From Candidatus Nanoarchaeia archaeon (GTDB taxonomy: Archaea > Nanobdellota > Nanobdellia > Woesearchaeales > ARS49), in the NCBI GenBank assembly GCA_041484255.1, contig JBGPHE010000002.1, positions 1-42,381 of the forward strand: a DNA stretch of 42,381 bases, given 5' to 3'. The translations under genes were made by a program, and so were the position numbers. Each line of letters opens with the position of its first letter. Within the stretch, counting starts at the first letter, position 1. This document shows, in pieces, positions 1 to 8,822 of this stretch. The notes beneath the pieces were generated by a model. It was not told the DNA's origin. It ran no database searches and was given only the letters and a program-made list of their open reading frames with translations.

Positions 1-2994
1 ACGCCGAACGACAACATCACTGACGGCAACACCACCTGCAGCAACAACGTGACTATCACTGCGCAGCAGAATAACCCGCCCGTCATCGCGCAAGTCATCC
101 TCAACGCGACCAATGTCTCGAACAACACCAATCAGAACCTGACCGTCTTCATCATCAACGCGACGGACGCGGACAACAATGTCGTGCAGAACATCACCGA
201 TTGGCGGCTGAACAGGACCAGCATCGCGGTGCTGAACATGCCGTTCGAGACCAACACGAGCAGCCTGAACCTGGGCGCCATCCGCGACTACAGCACCTGG
301 AGCAACAACGGCACGTTGGGCAATGGTACCGCAGCTGATGCGCCGCGCTGGAACAACTCAGGCCAAGTAGGCGGAGCCTATATCTTTGACGGCATCGACG
401 ACTTCATCGAAGTCCCCCACCAGAGCAGCCTCACGTTCGACAGCGACTTCACCGCGACCGTCTGGCTGCGCCTGAACAAGTCGCAGGCGTCATTCGCGTT
501 CTCCAAGCGAGTCGGCGCTCCGACCTTCCAGCAATGGGACCTCGGAGTCGTCGACACGACCGACTGCACCAGCTCATTCGCCACTGCGGGAACCTCGTTC
601 TGCTTCCTCATCTGCAACGGCGGAGGAACGTGCAACGGCGCAGGAACCGCCAACGGCTACGCCGACAACCGGTTCCACTTCGTCACAGGGGTGCGCAGCG
701 GCACCACTTATAGCCTTTACGTGGACGGCGCGTTCGTTTCGTCGACCACCCGCGCGGGCGACATCAGCAACACGCGCGCATTTGTTATTGGTAATATCGG
801 CGATTTGTCCCCAACTGCAGGCTTTGCGTTCAATGGCACGATTGACGAAGCAATCATTTACAACCGCTCGCTCTCCGCCGCCCAGATCAATCAGCTGTAT
901 GTGGACGGCAACGCGAGCAGGCATTCAATGACGATTGTCCAGAACGAGCTGCTCGCAGGCCAGAACTGGAGCGTCTGCGCCACGCCGAACGATAACATCA
1001 GCGACGGCAACACGACGTGCAGCAACAACGTGACCATCACCTCTGTGCAGAACGTGAGCAACCGGCCGCCGACCATCGCGCAAGTCATCCTGAACACGAC
1101 CAATCCGCTGACGAACGACACGAACCAGAACCTGACGGTCTTCATCATCAACGCGACCGATGTGGACAATGACGTCGTGCAGAACATCACTGACTTCCGC
1201 CTGAACAACGGCACGGTGTTCAAGTCGGTGAACGTGCTGAACATGCCGTTCGAGACCAACCAGAGCGGTAACGTCACCAGCGGAGCCATCCGCGACTACG
1301 GCACGTACGGCAACAACGGCACGCTCGGCAATGGCGGCGCAGCCCAGGCACCAGTCTGGCTGCAGCGCGGCCAGGTCGGCGGGGCATACCAGTTCGACGG
1401 CTCGGACGACTTCATCGACGTCGCGAACAGCACATCCGTCGATTTCACCACGACCTCGCAGGTGAGCATCTCGCTGTGGATCAACCGCACCGGCGGCGGC
1501 ACCGTGCAGCACATCCTGGGCAAGCGCCTTGGCTGCACCGGCTCAGGCGTCCAGTACCAAATGGCCTTTGACACGTTTGACGGGCCGTTCGGCCTCTCCG
1601 CCTTCGCCGCGTCGACCGGCGAGAACCCGCCCGTCGGCCAATGGGTGCACATTGTCGCCACCTATGACGGCACGAACTCGCGTATCTATGTCAACGGCAC
1701 GCTCAATGCGAGCGCGACAGGCGTAGGCATCAACACACCTATCGCCACAGACCTGCGCATCGGTCAGGCGGGAACGTGCACACCGTTCACCGGCATCATC
1801 GACGAACTGCAGATCTGGAACCGCACGCTCTCGCAGCAGGAGGTATCGCAGCTCTATGCGGACGGTCAGACGCACATCCACCTCAGCGCCATCACCCCGC
1901 CGGAAACGGTCGCGGGCGAAGTCTGGCAGGCCTGCGCGACGCCGAACGACAACCAGACCGATGGCAACACGACGTGCAGCAACAACGTGACCATCAACGC
2001 GGTGCAGAACGCGAGCAATGTCGCGCCGGCAATCGCGCAGGTCATCCTGAACACGACGAATGTCGCGCTGAATGACACCAATCAGAACCTGACGACGTTC
2101 ATCATCAACGCGACGGACGCGGACAGCAACGCGGTGCAGAACATCACGGACTTCCGCAAGAACAACGTGAGCATCGCAGTCCTGAACCTGCCGTTCGAGA
2201 ACAACACGAACAACGTGAGCGCAGGCTACATCCATGACTACACGACGTTCCAGAACAACGCGACGCTGGGCAATGGCGTCGTCAGCCAGGCGCCGCGCTG
2301 GAACCAGTCCAGCAGGCTCGGCGGCATGTACGCGTTCGACGGCATCGACGACCTCACCACGGTCGCCGACGCGACCAGCCTGAAGCCGCTCAACAACATC
2401 TCTATCGAGATGTGGCTCAATCTGACCGGCCAGACCGGCGTGACTGTCGGCGGCGCGCCCGCAGGGCTGCAGTACATCTTGCACAAGCCGCGCGTCATCG
2501 GCAGCGGCTGCTTCGAAGGCTATACCATCCTCAAGACCGCCGCCGGAGCCCTTGCCATTGTCGCGACCGGCAGCGGCGGATGCGGAGAGCAGGGCTCCGC
2601 AGTCACCACGACCAACATCACAACCGGCGTCTGGTATCACGTGGTCAGCACGTTTGACGGCAAGACCTTGCGCATCTATCTGAATGGCACGCTCGAAGGA
2701 AGCGGCGCGCACGCGTTCGACCTCTCGTACACGAGCGCGCCGCTCGTCATCGGCCAGACCGCCGACTTCTTCGACGGCCGCTTCAACGGCACCATCAGCG
2801 AGGTGCGCATCTACAACCGCAACTTCTCGGACGCGCAGGTCGCGCAGCTCTACCAGGAAGGGCTCGTCAACAAGCGCCCGATGACGATTGTCCAGCCCGA
2901 GCTGCGCGCGGGCGAGGTCTGGCAGAACTGCGTCACGCCGAACGACAACCAGACCAACGGCAACATCACGTGCAGCAATAACGTCACCATCAGC
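1..2994 (+). repeat. Tandem ~960-1000-nt coding modules (Ig-like plus LamG), three complete copies plus the tail of a fourth at the window edge.
   Basis: The junction motif ACGCCGAACGA(C/T)AAC...GGCAACA(C/T)(C/G)ACGTGCAGCAA(C/T)AACGT occurs at 1, 982, 1939 and 2935, giving periods of 981, 957 and 996 nt. Each module restarts with (P)P.IAQVILN.TN...NQNLT.FIINATD.D. Confidence 0.8.
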
Positions 2995-5900
2995 GCGCAG
3001 CAGAACGTCACCACGTCCTGCCCCGTGACCATCAACGTGAGCACGACATTGACGCAGAACATCACGGTCACCGCCACTGCGCCGTGCGTCACCTTCGGCG
3101 CGAGCAACATCACTCTGGACTGCGCAGGATACACCATCTTCTATGACCCGGTGGGCGCGGGCACTGATGCCATCGTCGCGGAGAACCGCACGAACGTCAC
3201 CGTCAGGAACTGCGTAATCATTGACGCAAACACCGGCGGCTCCAGCGGCATCGGCATCAACTTCACGAGCGTCAATGACAGCGCAGTCATCAACACCAGC
3301 ATCCAGACCAACGGAACGGACAGCAACTACGGCATATTGATCACGAGCGACTCGAACAGGAACATCATCGCCAACAACACCATCCGCACGCAGGGCTCGG
3401 CCATTGACAACATCGGCATCCACCTCACCACACTGGTATCAGGCAACAACGTCACCGGCAACAACATCACGACGAACGGCACGAGCGGCAATATCGGCGT
3501 CCGCATGGTGACCTCGGCAAGCAACAATCTCGTGTCGTACAACAGTATCAGCACGCACGGCGATGCCTCGGGCAACTTCGGCGTTGCCGCGGTGAGCAGC
3601 TCTCCAGGCAACCGCATCATCAGCAACAGCATCACCACGAACGGCTCCTTCAACGCGGGAGGAATCTCGGTCTCGGGCACCGGCACAGGCAATGCCACCG
3701 TCGTGAACAACACCATCAGCACCGATGGAAGTTCTCTCGCGATCGGCATTAACTACGGCATCATCATGTCCGGAGGGTTCGGCAGCAACAACGTGTCTGG
3801 CAATAATATCAGCACCCATGGCGTGTCATCCGACTTCGGCATCGAGATCGACAGCGGAACCAACAGCAACGTGTTCGACTCCAACATCATCGCGACCGCG
3901 GGCAATGGCAGCCAGGCGCTGTTCATCTTCAGGTCGAACGACTCGGTCTTCACGAACACGGTCTTCGACAATCCGAGCGACTGGATGAATTCCAGCGCAA
4001 ATACCTTCAACAATCTGACGAACACCACGTTTAGGATGCCGAACGGCAGCATCCGCATGAACAGCCTTGTCCAGCTGAACGGCTCGCAGGACGTGACCAA
4101 GGCAAGATTGAACATCACGTTCAACCGCGCGTTCCTGAACAGCACGAACCTGTCGTTCCTGAACACGACTGCAGTCATCACGCTCAACGGCATCGGATTC
4201 TCCGCGCCCGTGCCGACCGTGGACTTCACGGACAGCGGCGTGTTCTCGACCTGTCCGGCAAGCGTGTGCGCCGTGGTGAGCTTCTCCGGCGGCGTGCTGG
4301 TGTACAATGTGACGCACTTCACCTCGTTCTCCTCGACCGAGGGCAATGTGAACATCACGCTCACAAAGACCGACTCGCCTGACCCGGTCAACGCGAGCGC
4401 CAACCTGAGCTACCAGATCACGGTCAATGTGACGTCTGACAGCCCTGCGAACATCACGCTGACCGACCAGTACCCTGCGCAGGTCATCTTCCTGACCGCG
4501 CAGCCGTCGCCCATCGGCGGAACGAACAACACATTCATCATCGGCAACCTGACGAACGGCACCAGCTTCGCGGTGAACATCACTGTGCTCGTGCTCAATG
4601 TCAGCAACGGCACGCTCATCAACAACACCGCGAACATCAGCTACCAGAACGCGACCAGCGCGCTCTTCGCGCTGAACGTGACCGAGAACACTACCGTCCT
4701 CAATCCGCCTGTGGTGAACAACACCAACATCACATCCTGCCCGGTCACCATCAACACGAGCACGACATTGACGCAGAATCTTGCGGCAAACCTGACCGCG
4801 GCCCAGTCGTGCATCACCTTCGGCGCGAACAACACCGCGCTGGACTGCAGCGGCTTCAGCCTCAACGGCAACCTGACCGGCAACGGCATCAACGCGACCA
4901 ACCGGCTGAACATCAGTATCAGGAACTGCGTCATCGAGAACTTCACCATGAACATCCTCCTGCAGGGGACGAACATGAGCACGGTCGCCAACAACACCGC
5001 GCGCAACTCGACTCAGCAGAGCATCGAGATCCAGTCGAGCTCGCACGACCGCGTCGAGAACAACACCGCCGCGAGCATCACGAACACCGGAATCAATGTG
5101 ACGACCGGCGTCAACAACACGCTGATGAACAACAACGGCACGTCGGTGTCCGGCGACGGCATTGACATCGACACGAACAGCGTCAACAACACGCTCATCA
5201 ACAACAACGGAACGAGCACATCACAGTACGGCATCCAGATTGCGTCCTCGTTCAACAACACGCTCATCGGCAACCGCGGAACCGCGACCGGCGGACAGGC
5301 TATCAGGCTCGCCCAGAGCAACGGGAACACGCTCGCAAACAGCACCTCGGCCGGCGCGTACGGCATCAGCATTATCACCAGCGACTACAACATCATCCTG
5401 GGCAACAACGCCACAGGCACGACGGCCGGGCTCTTCCTGGGCGATGCCAGCTCGGACTTCAACAACTTCACCGGCAACAGGATCGACGCGCCGTCAGCCG
5501 CGGCCGTGAGCATCGGGGCGAGCCAGAACAACACGTTCGTCAACAACTCGTTCGCGACGGACACCGCCACTGACGTGCAACTGTCGTCCGCGATCGGCAT
5601 CCGCGGCGCCGGAAACCTCTTCATCAACACCACGCTCCGCACCAACGCGACGTGGCTGTCCACCGACGCGAACAGCACCGGCAACAACTTCACGAACACC
5701 GTGTTCGTCAGCTTCAACGGCAGCATCCGCATCATTCCCACGGCGACGCTGCCGAACGCGACATCTCTCGACTTCCGCAAGCTGAACGTGTCGTTCAACC
5801 GCGCGTTCCTCAATGCAACTAATGCATCGTTCCTGAACCAGAGCGCGCAGATTGCGCTGCTCAACCCGACCAGCAGCCAGCCGACCGTGGACTTCACGGA

Positions 5901-8763
5901 CACGAACGCGTTCGTCATCTGTCCCGCAAGCATCTGCACGGTCGACAGCTTCACCGGCGGCACGCTCGTCTTCAACGTGACGCACTTCACGACCTACTCG
6001 TCGACCGCGGGCAACTCCAATCTCACGCTGACAAAGACTGATTCGCCTGACCCGGTCAACGCGAGCAGCCAGCTCAATTACACAATCACAGTAAACGTCA
6101 CGTCCGACAGCCCGAGCAACATCACGCTGACCGACCGGTATCCTGCGCAAGTCATCTTCCTCTCGGCGCAGCCGTCGCCCATCACAGGAACAAATGACAC
6201 GTTCATCATCGGCAACCTGACGAACGGCAGCTCGTTCAGCGCCAACATCAGCGTCTTCGTGCTCAACCTGACCAACGGCACGCTCATCAATAACACGGCG
6301 AACATCTCATTCCAGAACGCCTCAGGAGTTGTCTTCACCGCAAGCGTGACCGAGAACACAACTGTGCTCTCGCAAATCGTGCAGAATGCGACGTTCAACC
6401 TGAGCAATATCTCCGTCATCAAGACCGACGTTCCTGATCCGGTACAGAACGGCACGCAGCTTGTCTACATCATCAACGTGACGAGCAACGGCAACGGAAC
6501 CGCGTTCAATGTGACCGTCAATGATACTTACCCGTCGCAAGTCATCTTCAACAGCTCGCAGCCGTCTCCTGTACCTGGAACGAACAACACGTTCATCCTG
6601 GGCAACCTGACGCCGGGAACGAGCATCCTGCTGAACATCACGGTGAATGTGTCAGGAAGCGTCACGAACGGCACCGTCATCAACAACACCGTGAATGTCA
6701 CGTTCAATAACGAGACGAGCGCGCTGCTGAGCCGCATCGCGACTGCAAACACCACAGTGCAGAACGTGACCGTCAATGTCACGCCCATCTTCAACACCAG
6801 CACCATCTCGGTCACGAAGACTGACGCGCCCGACCCGGTTGAGAACGGCACGCAGCTGAATTACACGATTACGGTCACGAGCACCGGCAACGGCACGGCG
6901 TACAACACGACCGTGACCGAAACGTATCCGAGTGAAGTTATCTTCAACAGCGCTCAGCCGACGCCGAGTTCGGGCAACAACACGTTCATCCTCGGCAACT
7001 TGACGCCAGGCACGATTGTCGTGCTGAATATCACCGTCAATGTCTCGGCAGGCGTCATCAACGGCACCGTCATCAACAATACCGCAACGGTCGCGTTCCA
7101 GAACGAGACCAGCGCATCGCTGAGCGCGTTCGCGACCGCAAGCACGACTGTGCAGAACAGCACGCCGACTCCGACGCCGCCAACGCCGTCCAGCAGCGGC
7201 GGAAGCAGCGGTGGTGGAGGCGGCGGCGTCAGAAGAAATGACACGTCGCAGGGCGCACAGCCCGCGGCAGGCTGCGTCGAGCGCTGGGAGTGCGCGGACT
7301 GGAGCGCGTGTGCGAACAACAAGCAGGTGAGGACGTGCGCAGACGCGAACACGTGCAACACCGCCCAGTTCCTGCCCGCGACCGAACGGCCGTGCCCGCC
7401 GCAAGCGCCGCTGCCTGAAGCAGAACAGCCTGCGCAGCCAGGACAGGCGCAGCCGGGCGAACAGCCTGCGTTGCCTGAAGTAGGCGCGCCGCTGGGATTG
7501 AACGTGCCGCAGGAGCAGCCGACCGTGAGCCCGCTCCAGACAATTATCAACCTGTTCACGCCGTCGCTCTGGCTGCTGATCTTCATCCTGCTCGCAGTCG
7601 TCATCGCGACGTATTCATACATGCGCAACACGCACAGCGCGCCGAGCGTGCCAGGCTACACGCCGCGCACATATGTTCCGCCGCGGGCCGCAATCAAGCC
7701 GCCTGCGGCAAGCCCGCTCAAGCGCAGCCAGAAACAGTTCTATGGCGGACTGCGCGATTTGGACAAGGCATTGGACAAGCTGGACCAGGGCAAGCTGCCT
7801 GCGTCATTGAAGAAAGCAGTGCAGCCCAAGCCGGAAGTCCTGCCCGCGGTTGAGAAAGTGAAGAAATTGCCGTCCAAGCCCGCAGGACCGAGCGTGTTCG
7901 AGAAGATGTTCGAGTACGAAGCGCGCGAGAAGCAGCTCGCACCGGTGCCCGCACCGAAGCCAAAGCACGTCGACAAACCTGCGCGCGCAAAGAAGAGCAT
8001 CTTCGCAAAGCTGTTTGAGCAGAAGCCGCACAGCCACACCGCAAAGAACGCAGAAATGCCGAAGCCAGTGGTCGCTCCGAGGCCATTGCCGTCGTTCAAG
8101 CCTGCAACATTGCCGCCGATCAGAGTCGCGGAGCCGAAGCGCAGGCCGTTGCTCGGACAGAAGGCGTTCTACGGCAGACTGCGCGACCTCGACAAGCAGT
8201 TCGAGCAGCTTGACCGCGCAGCGCAGAAGCCCAAGCCGCGGCCCGCAGAGAAACCGCGCAGAATCGAGATCGAGCCGCTCGTGCTTCCGCCGCTGAAGCA
8301 GAAGCCGAAGAAGCCTGAAACGTTCTATCACAAGATGGACACGATGGACAAGGCGCTTGAGGCGCTCGAACAGGGCAAACTGCCCAAGAAGACTGAGAAG
8401 CGCATCCATCAGGAAGAAGAAAAGCTCCGCGTGCATCCTGAACCGCTGCAGTTGCCGAAACCCGAGCCGATTGTCGTGTGGAAGCCGAAGCGCGAGCAGA
8501 AAGAGCCTCCGCAAGCAAAGCCGAGCGCCGCTGAGCCGCTGCCGCCTCCGCCCGCTCCGAAGCCCGTGTTCAAACCCGCTCCTGAAAAGAAGGCTTCCGT
8601 CGTGAAACCGGTCGTGCTGGAGAGTCTGGCAGACATCAAGGCGAGGGCATTGGCAAGCGTGAAGGCGCCGGTCAGCGAGAGAGCGCGTTTCAAGGGCAAA
8701 TTGGACCGGATGGACGCGGCTCTGGACCGTCTGGATAAGAAACTCAAGAAGAGAAAGATATAA
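1..8763 (+). CDS. Giant surface protein, 5'-truncated by the window edge (>2,900 aa). Architecture: repeated LamG/ConA-like modules, two parallel beta-helix (PbH1/NosD-like) modules, DUF11-type repeats, a 6-Cys module, one TM helix, and a ~380-aa Lys/Pro-rich cytoplasmic tail.
   Basis: The frame is open from base 1. Bases 1-60 translate to TPNDNITDGNTTCSNNVTIT, the module-junction motif that recurs at 982, 1939 and 2935, so the ORF-track start at 49 is internal. LamG_3-like signatures are present (GGAYQFDGSDDFIDV ... IDELQIWNRTLSQQEVSQLY). Beta-helix turns read NNTIxTNG...GI. The DUF11 signature is TKTDSPDPVNAS...YPAQVIFLSAQPSP. The TM helix is LWLLIFILLAVVIATYSYM, and the stop is at 8761-8763. 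Confidence 0.85.
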   Translation, partial: TPNDNITDGNTTCSNNVTITAQQNNPPVIAQVILNATNVSNNTNQNLTVFIINATDADNNVVQNITDWRLNRTSIAVLNMPFETNTSSLNLGAIRDYSTWSNNGTLGNGTAADAPRWNNSGQVGGAYIFDGIDDFIEVPHQSSLTFDSDFTATVWLRLNKSQASFAFSKRVGAPTFQQWDLGVVDTTDCTSSFATAGTSFCFLICNGGGTCNGAGTANGYADNRFHFVTGVRSGTTYSLYVDGAFVSSTTRAGDISNTRAFVIGNIGDLSPTAGFAFNGTIDEAIIYNRSLSAAQINQLYVDGNASRHSMTIVQNELLAGQNWSVCATPNDNISDGNTTCSNNVTITSVQNVSNRPPTIAQVILNTTNPLTNDTNQNLTVFIINATDVDNDVVQNITDFRLNNGTVFKSVNVLNMPFETNQSGNVTSGAIRDYGTYGNNGTLGNGGAAQAPVWLQRGQVGGAYQFDGSDDFIDVANSTSVDFTTTSQVSISLWINRTGGGTVQHILGKRLGCTGSGVQYQMAFDTFDGPFGLSAFAASTGENPPVGQWVHIVATYDGTNSRIYVNGTLNASATGVGINTPIATDLRIGQAGTCTPFTGIIDELQIWNRTLSQQEVSQLYADGQTHIHLSAITPPETVAGEVWQACATPNDNQTDGNTTCSNNVTINAVQNASNVAPAIAQVILNTTNVALNDTNQNLTTFIINATDADSNAVQNITDFRKNNVSIAVLNLPFENNTNNVSAGYIHDYTTFQNNATLGNGVVSQAPRWNQSSRLGGMYAFDGIDDLTTVADATSLKPLNNISIEMWLNLTGQTGVTVGGAPAGLQYILHKPRVIGSGCFEGYTILKTAAGALAIVATGSGGCGEQGSAVTTTNITTGVWYHVVSTFDGKTLRIYLNGTLEGSGAHAFDLSYTSAPLVIGQTADFFDGRFNGTISEVRIYNRNFSDAQVAQLYQEGLVNKRPMTIVQPELRAGEVWQNCVTPNDNQTNGNITCSNNVTISAQQNVTTSCPVTINVSTTLTQNITVTATAPCVTFGASNITLDCAGYTIFYDPVGAGTDAIVAENRTNVTVRNCVIIDANTGGSSGIGINFTSVNDSAVINTSIQTNGTDSNYGILITSDSNRNIIANNTIRTQGSAIDNIGIHLTTLVSGNNVTGNNITTNGTSGNIGVRMVTSASNNLVSYNSISTHGDASGNFGVAAVSSSPGNRIISNSITTNGSFNAGGISVSGTGTGNATVVNNTISTDGSSLAIGINYGIIMSGGFGSNNVSGNNISTHGVSSDFGIEIDSGTNSNVFDSNIIATAGNGSQALFIFRSNDSVFTNTVFDNPSDWMNSSANTFNNLTNTTFRMPNGSIRMNSLVQLNGSQDVTKARLNITFNRAFLNSTNLSFLNTTAVITLNGIGFSAPVPTVDFTDSGVFSTCPASVCAVVSFSGGVLVYNVTHFTSFSSTEGNVNITLTKTDSPDPVNASANLSYQITVNVTSDSPANITLTDQYPAQVIFLTAQPSPIGGTNNTFIIGNLTNGTSFAVNITVLVLNVSNGTLINNTANISYQNATSALFALNVTENTTVLNPPVVNNTNITSCPVTINTSTTLTQNLAANLTAAQSCITFGANNTALDCSGFSLNGNLTGNGINATNRLNISIRNCVIENFTMNILLQGTNMSTVANNTARNSTQQSIEIQSSSHDRVENNTAASITNTGINVTTGVNNTLMNNNGTSVSGDGIDIDTNSVNNTLINNNGTSTSQYGIQIASSFNNTLIGNRGTATGGQAIRLAQSNGNTLANSTSAGAYGISIITSDYNIILGNNATGTTAGLFLGDASSDFNNFTGNRIDAPSAAAVSIGASQNNTFVNNSFATDTATDVQLSSAIGIRGAGNLFINTTLRTNATWLSTDANSTGNNFTNTVFVSFNGSIRIIPTATLPNATSLDFRKLNVSFNRAFLNATNASFLNQSAQIALLNPTSSQPTVDFTDTNAFVICPASICTVDSFTGGTLVFNVTHFTTYSSTAGNSNLTLTKTDSPDPVNASSQLNYTITVNVTSDSPSNITLTDRYPAQVIFLSAQPSPITGTNDTFIIGNLTNGSSFSANISVFVLNLTNGTLINNTANISFQNASGVVFTASVTENTTVLSQIVQNATFNLSNISVIKTDVPDPVQNGTQLVYIINVTSNGNGTAFNVTVNDTYPSQVIFNSSQPSPVPGTNNTFILGNLTPGTSILLNITVNVSGSVTNGTVINNTVNVTFNNETSALLSRIATANTTVQNVTVNVTPIFNTSTISVTKTDAPDPVENGTQLNYTITVTSTGNGTAYNTTVTETYPSEVIFNSAQPTPSSGNNTFILGNLTPGTIVVLNITVNVSAGVINGTVINNTATVAFQNETSASLSAFATASTTVQNSTPTPTPPTPSSSGGSSGGGGGGVRRNDTSQGAQPAAGCVERWECADWSACANNKQVRTCADANTCNTAQFLPATERPCPPQAPLPEAEQPAQPGQAQPGEQPALPEVGAPLGLNVPQEQPTVSPLQTIINLFTPSLWLLIFILLAVVIATYSYMRNTHSAPSVPGYTPRTYVPPRAAIKPPAASPLKRSQKQFYGGLRDLDKALDKLDQGKLPASLKKAVQPKPEVLPAVEKVKKLPSKPAGPSVFEKMFEYEAREKQLAPVPAPKPKHVDKPARAKKSIFAKLFEQKPHSHTAKNAEMPKPVVAPRPLPSFKPATLPPIRVAEPKRRPLLGQKAFYGRLRDLDKQFEQLDRAAQKPKPRPAEKPRRIEIEPLVLPPLKQKPKKPETFYHKMDTMDKALEALEQGKLPKKTEKRIHQEEEKLRVHPEPLQLPKPEPIVVWKPKREQKEPPQAKPSAAEPLPPPPAPKPVFKPAPEKKASVVKPVVLESLADIKARALASVKAPVSERARFKGKLDRMDAALDRLDKKLKKRKI
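3019..6372 (+). repeat. Internal duplication of a ~1.7-kb supermodule (beta-helix, then beta-sandwich, then DUF11).
   Basis: CPVTINVSTTLTQNI at 3019 and CPVTINTSTTLTQNL at 4738 start two colinear copies. Both continue with ...NxTFNRAFLNxTNxSFLN...PTVDFTDxxxFxxCPASxCxVxSFxGGxLVxNVTHFTxxSST.GN.NxTLTKTDSPDPVNAS. Confidence 0.75.
6400..7150 (+). repeat. Two further DUF11-type repeats (~390 nt each).
   Basis: ISVIKTDVPDPVQNGTQL...YPSQVIFNSSQPSP begins near 6410. ISVTKTDAPDPVENGTQL...YPSEVIFNSAQPTP begins near 6806. Confidence 0.75.
7561..7623 (+). other. Single C-terminal transmembrane helix of giant protein 1.
   Basis: PSLWLLIFILLAVVIATYSYM is followed by RNTH and a Lys/Pro/Glu-rich sequence. 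Asn/Thr-rich composition stops abruptly here. Confidence 0.75.
7735..8750 (+). repeat. Four dispersed copies of a ~20-aa amphipathic motif in the cytoplasmic tail.
   Basis: The copies are FYGGLRDLDKALDKLDQGKLP (~7735-7800), FYGRLRDLDKQFEQLDRAAQKP (~8161-8230), FYHKMDTMDKALEALEQGKLP (~8321-8386) and FKGKLDRMDAALDRLDKKLKK (~8686-8750). Confidence 0.8.
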
Positions 8764-8780
8764 AAACCCAAGATGGTCGC

Positions 8781-8791
8781 TTATATATAGA
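8781..8791 (+). promoter_or_regulatory. TATA-like box (CTTATATATAG) upstream of giant gene 2, followed by the SD-like AAGAGGT at 8806-8812.
   Basis: This is the only AT-rich block in the 59-nt spacer. It lies ~37 nt upstream of the GTG at 8823. Confidence 0.4.
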
Positions 8792-8822
8792 GTACTGTGG
8801 GTAAAAAGAGGTTGAGAAGGTA

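Noticed and set aside
1543-3423. Very long antisense ORFs inside the giant genes: 1543-3423 (626 aa), 3826-5046, 11760-13685 (641 aa), 14073-15761 (562 aa) and 16425-17684.
   Set aside because: Their translations are low-complexity Arg/Ala/Asp/Val/Gly strings with no motifs. The sense strand is dominated by AAC/ACC/GGC/ATC codons whose complements (GTT/GGT/GCC/GAT) contain no stops, so long antisense frames are expected by composition. The sense frame carries clear domain signatures.
7273-7362. The 6-Cys module as a thrombospondin type-1 repeat (W-x-x-W ... C ... R-x-C).
   Set aside because: It shares only a loose W/C/R spacing with that repeat. It lacks the WSxW layer and the CSxTCG motif, and its length is about half a TSR. 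The resemblance is too weak to call.
8686-8763. The C-terminal helix DRMDAALDRLDKKLKK as an ESCRT-III-type MIM1 (MIT-interacting motif).
   Set aside because: The MIM1 consensus (D/E)xxLxxRLxxL(K/R) is only partly matched. The central Arg-Leu is shifted by one position, and no Vps4/CdvC gene is present in the window. I kept it only as a generic docking-helix idea.
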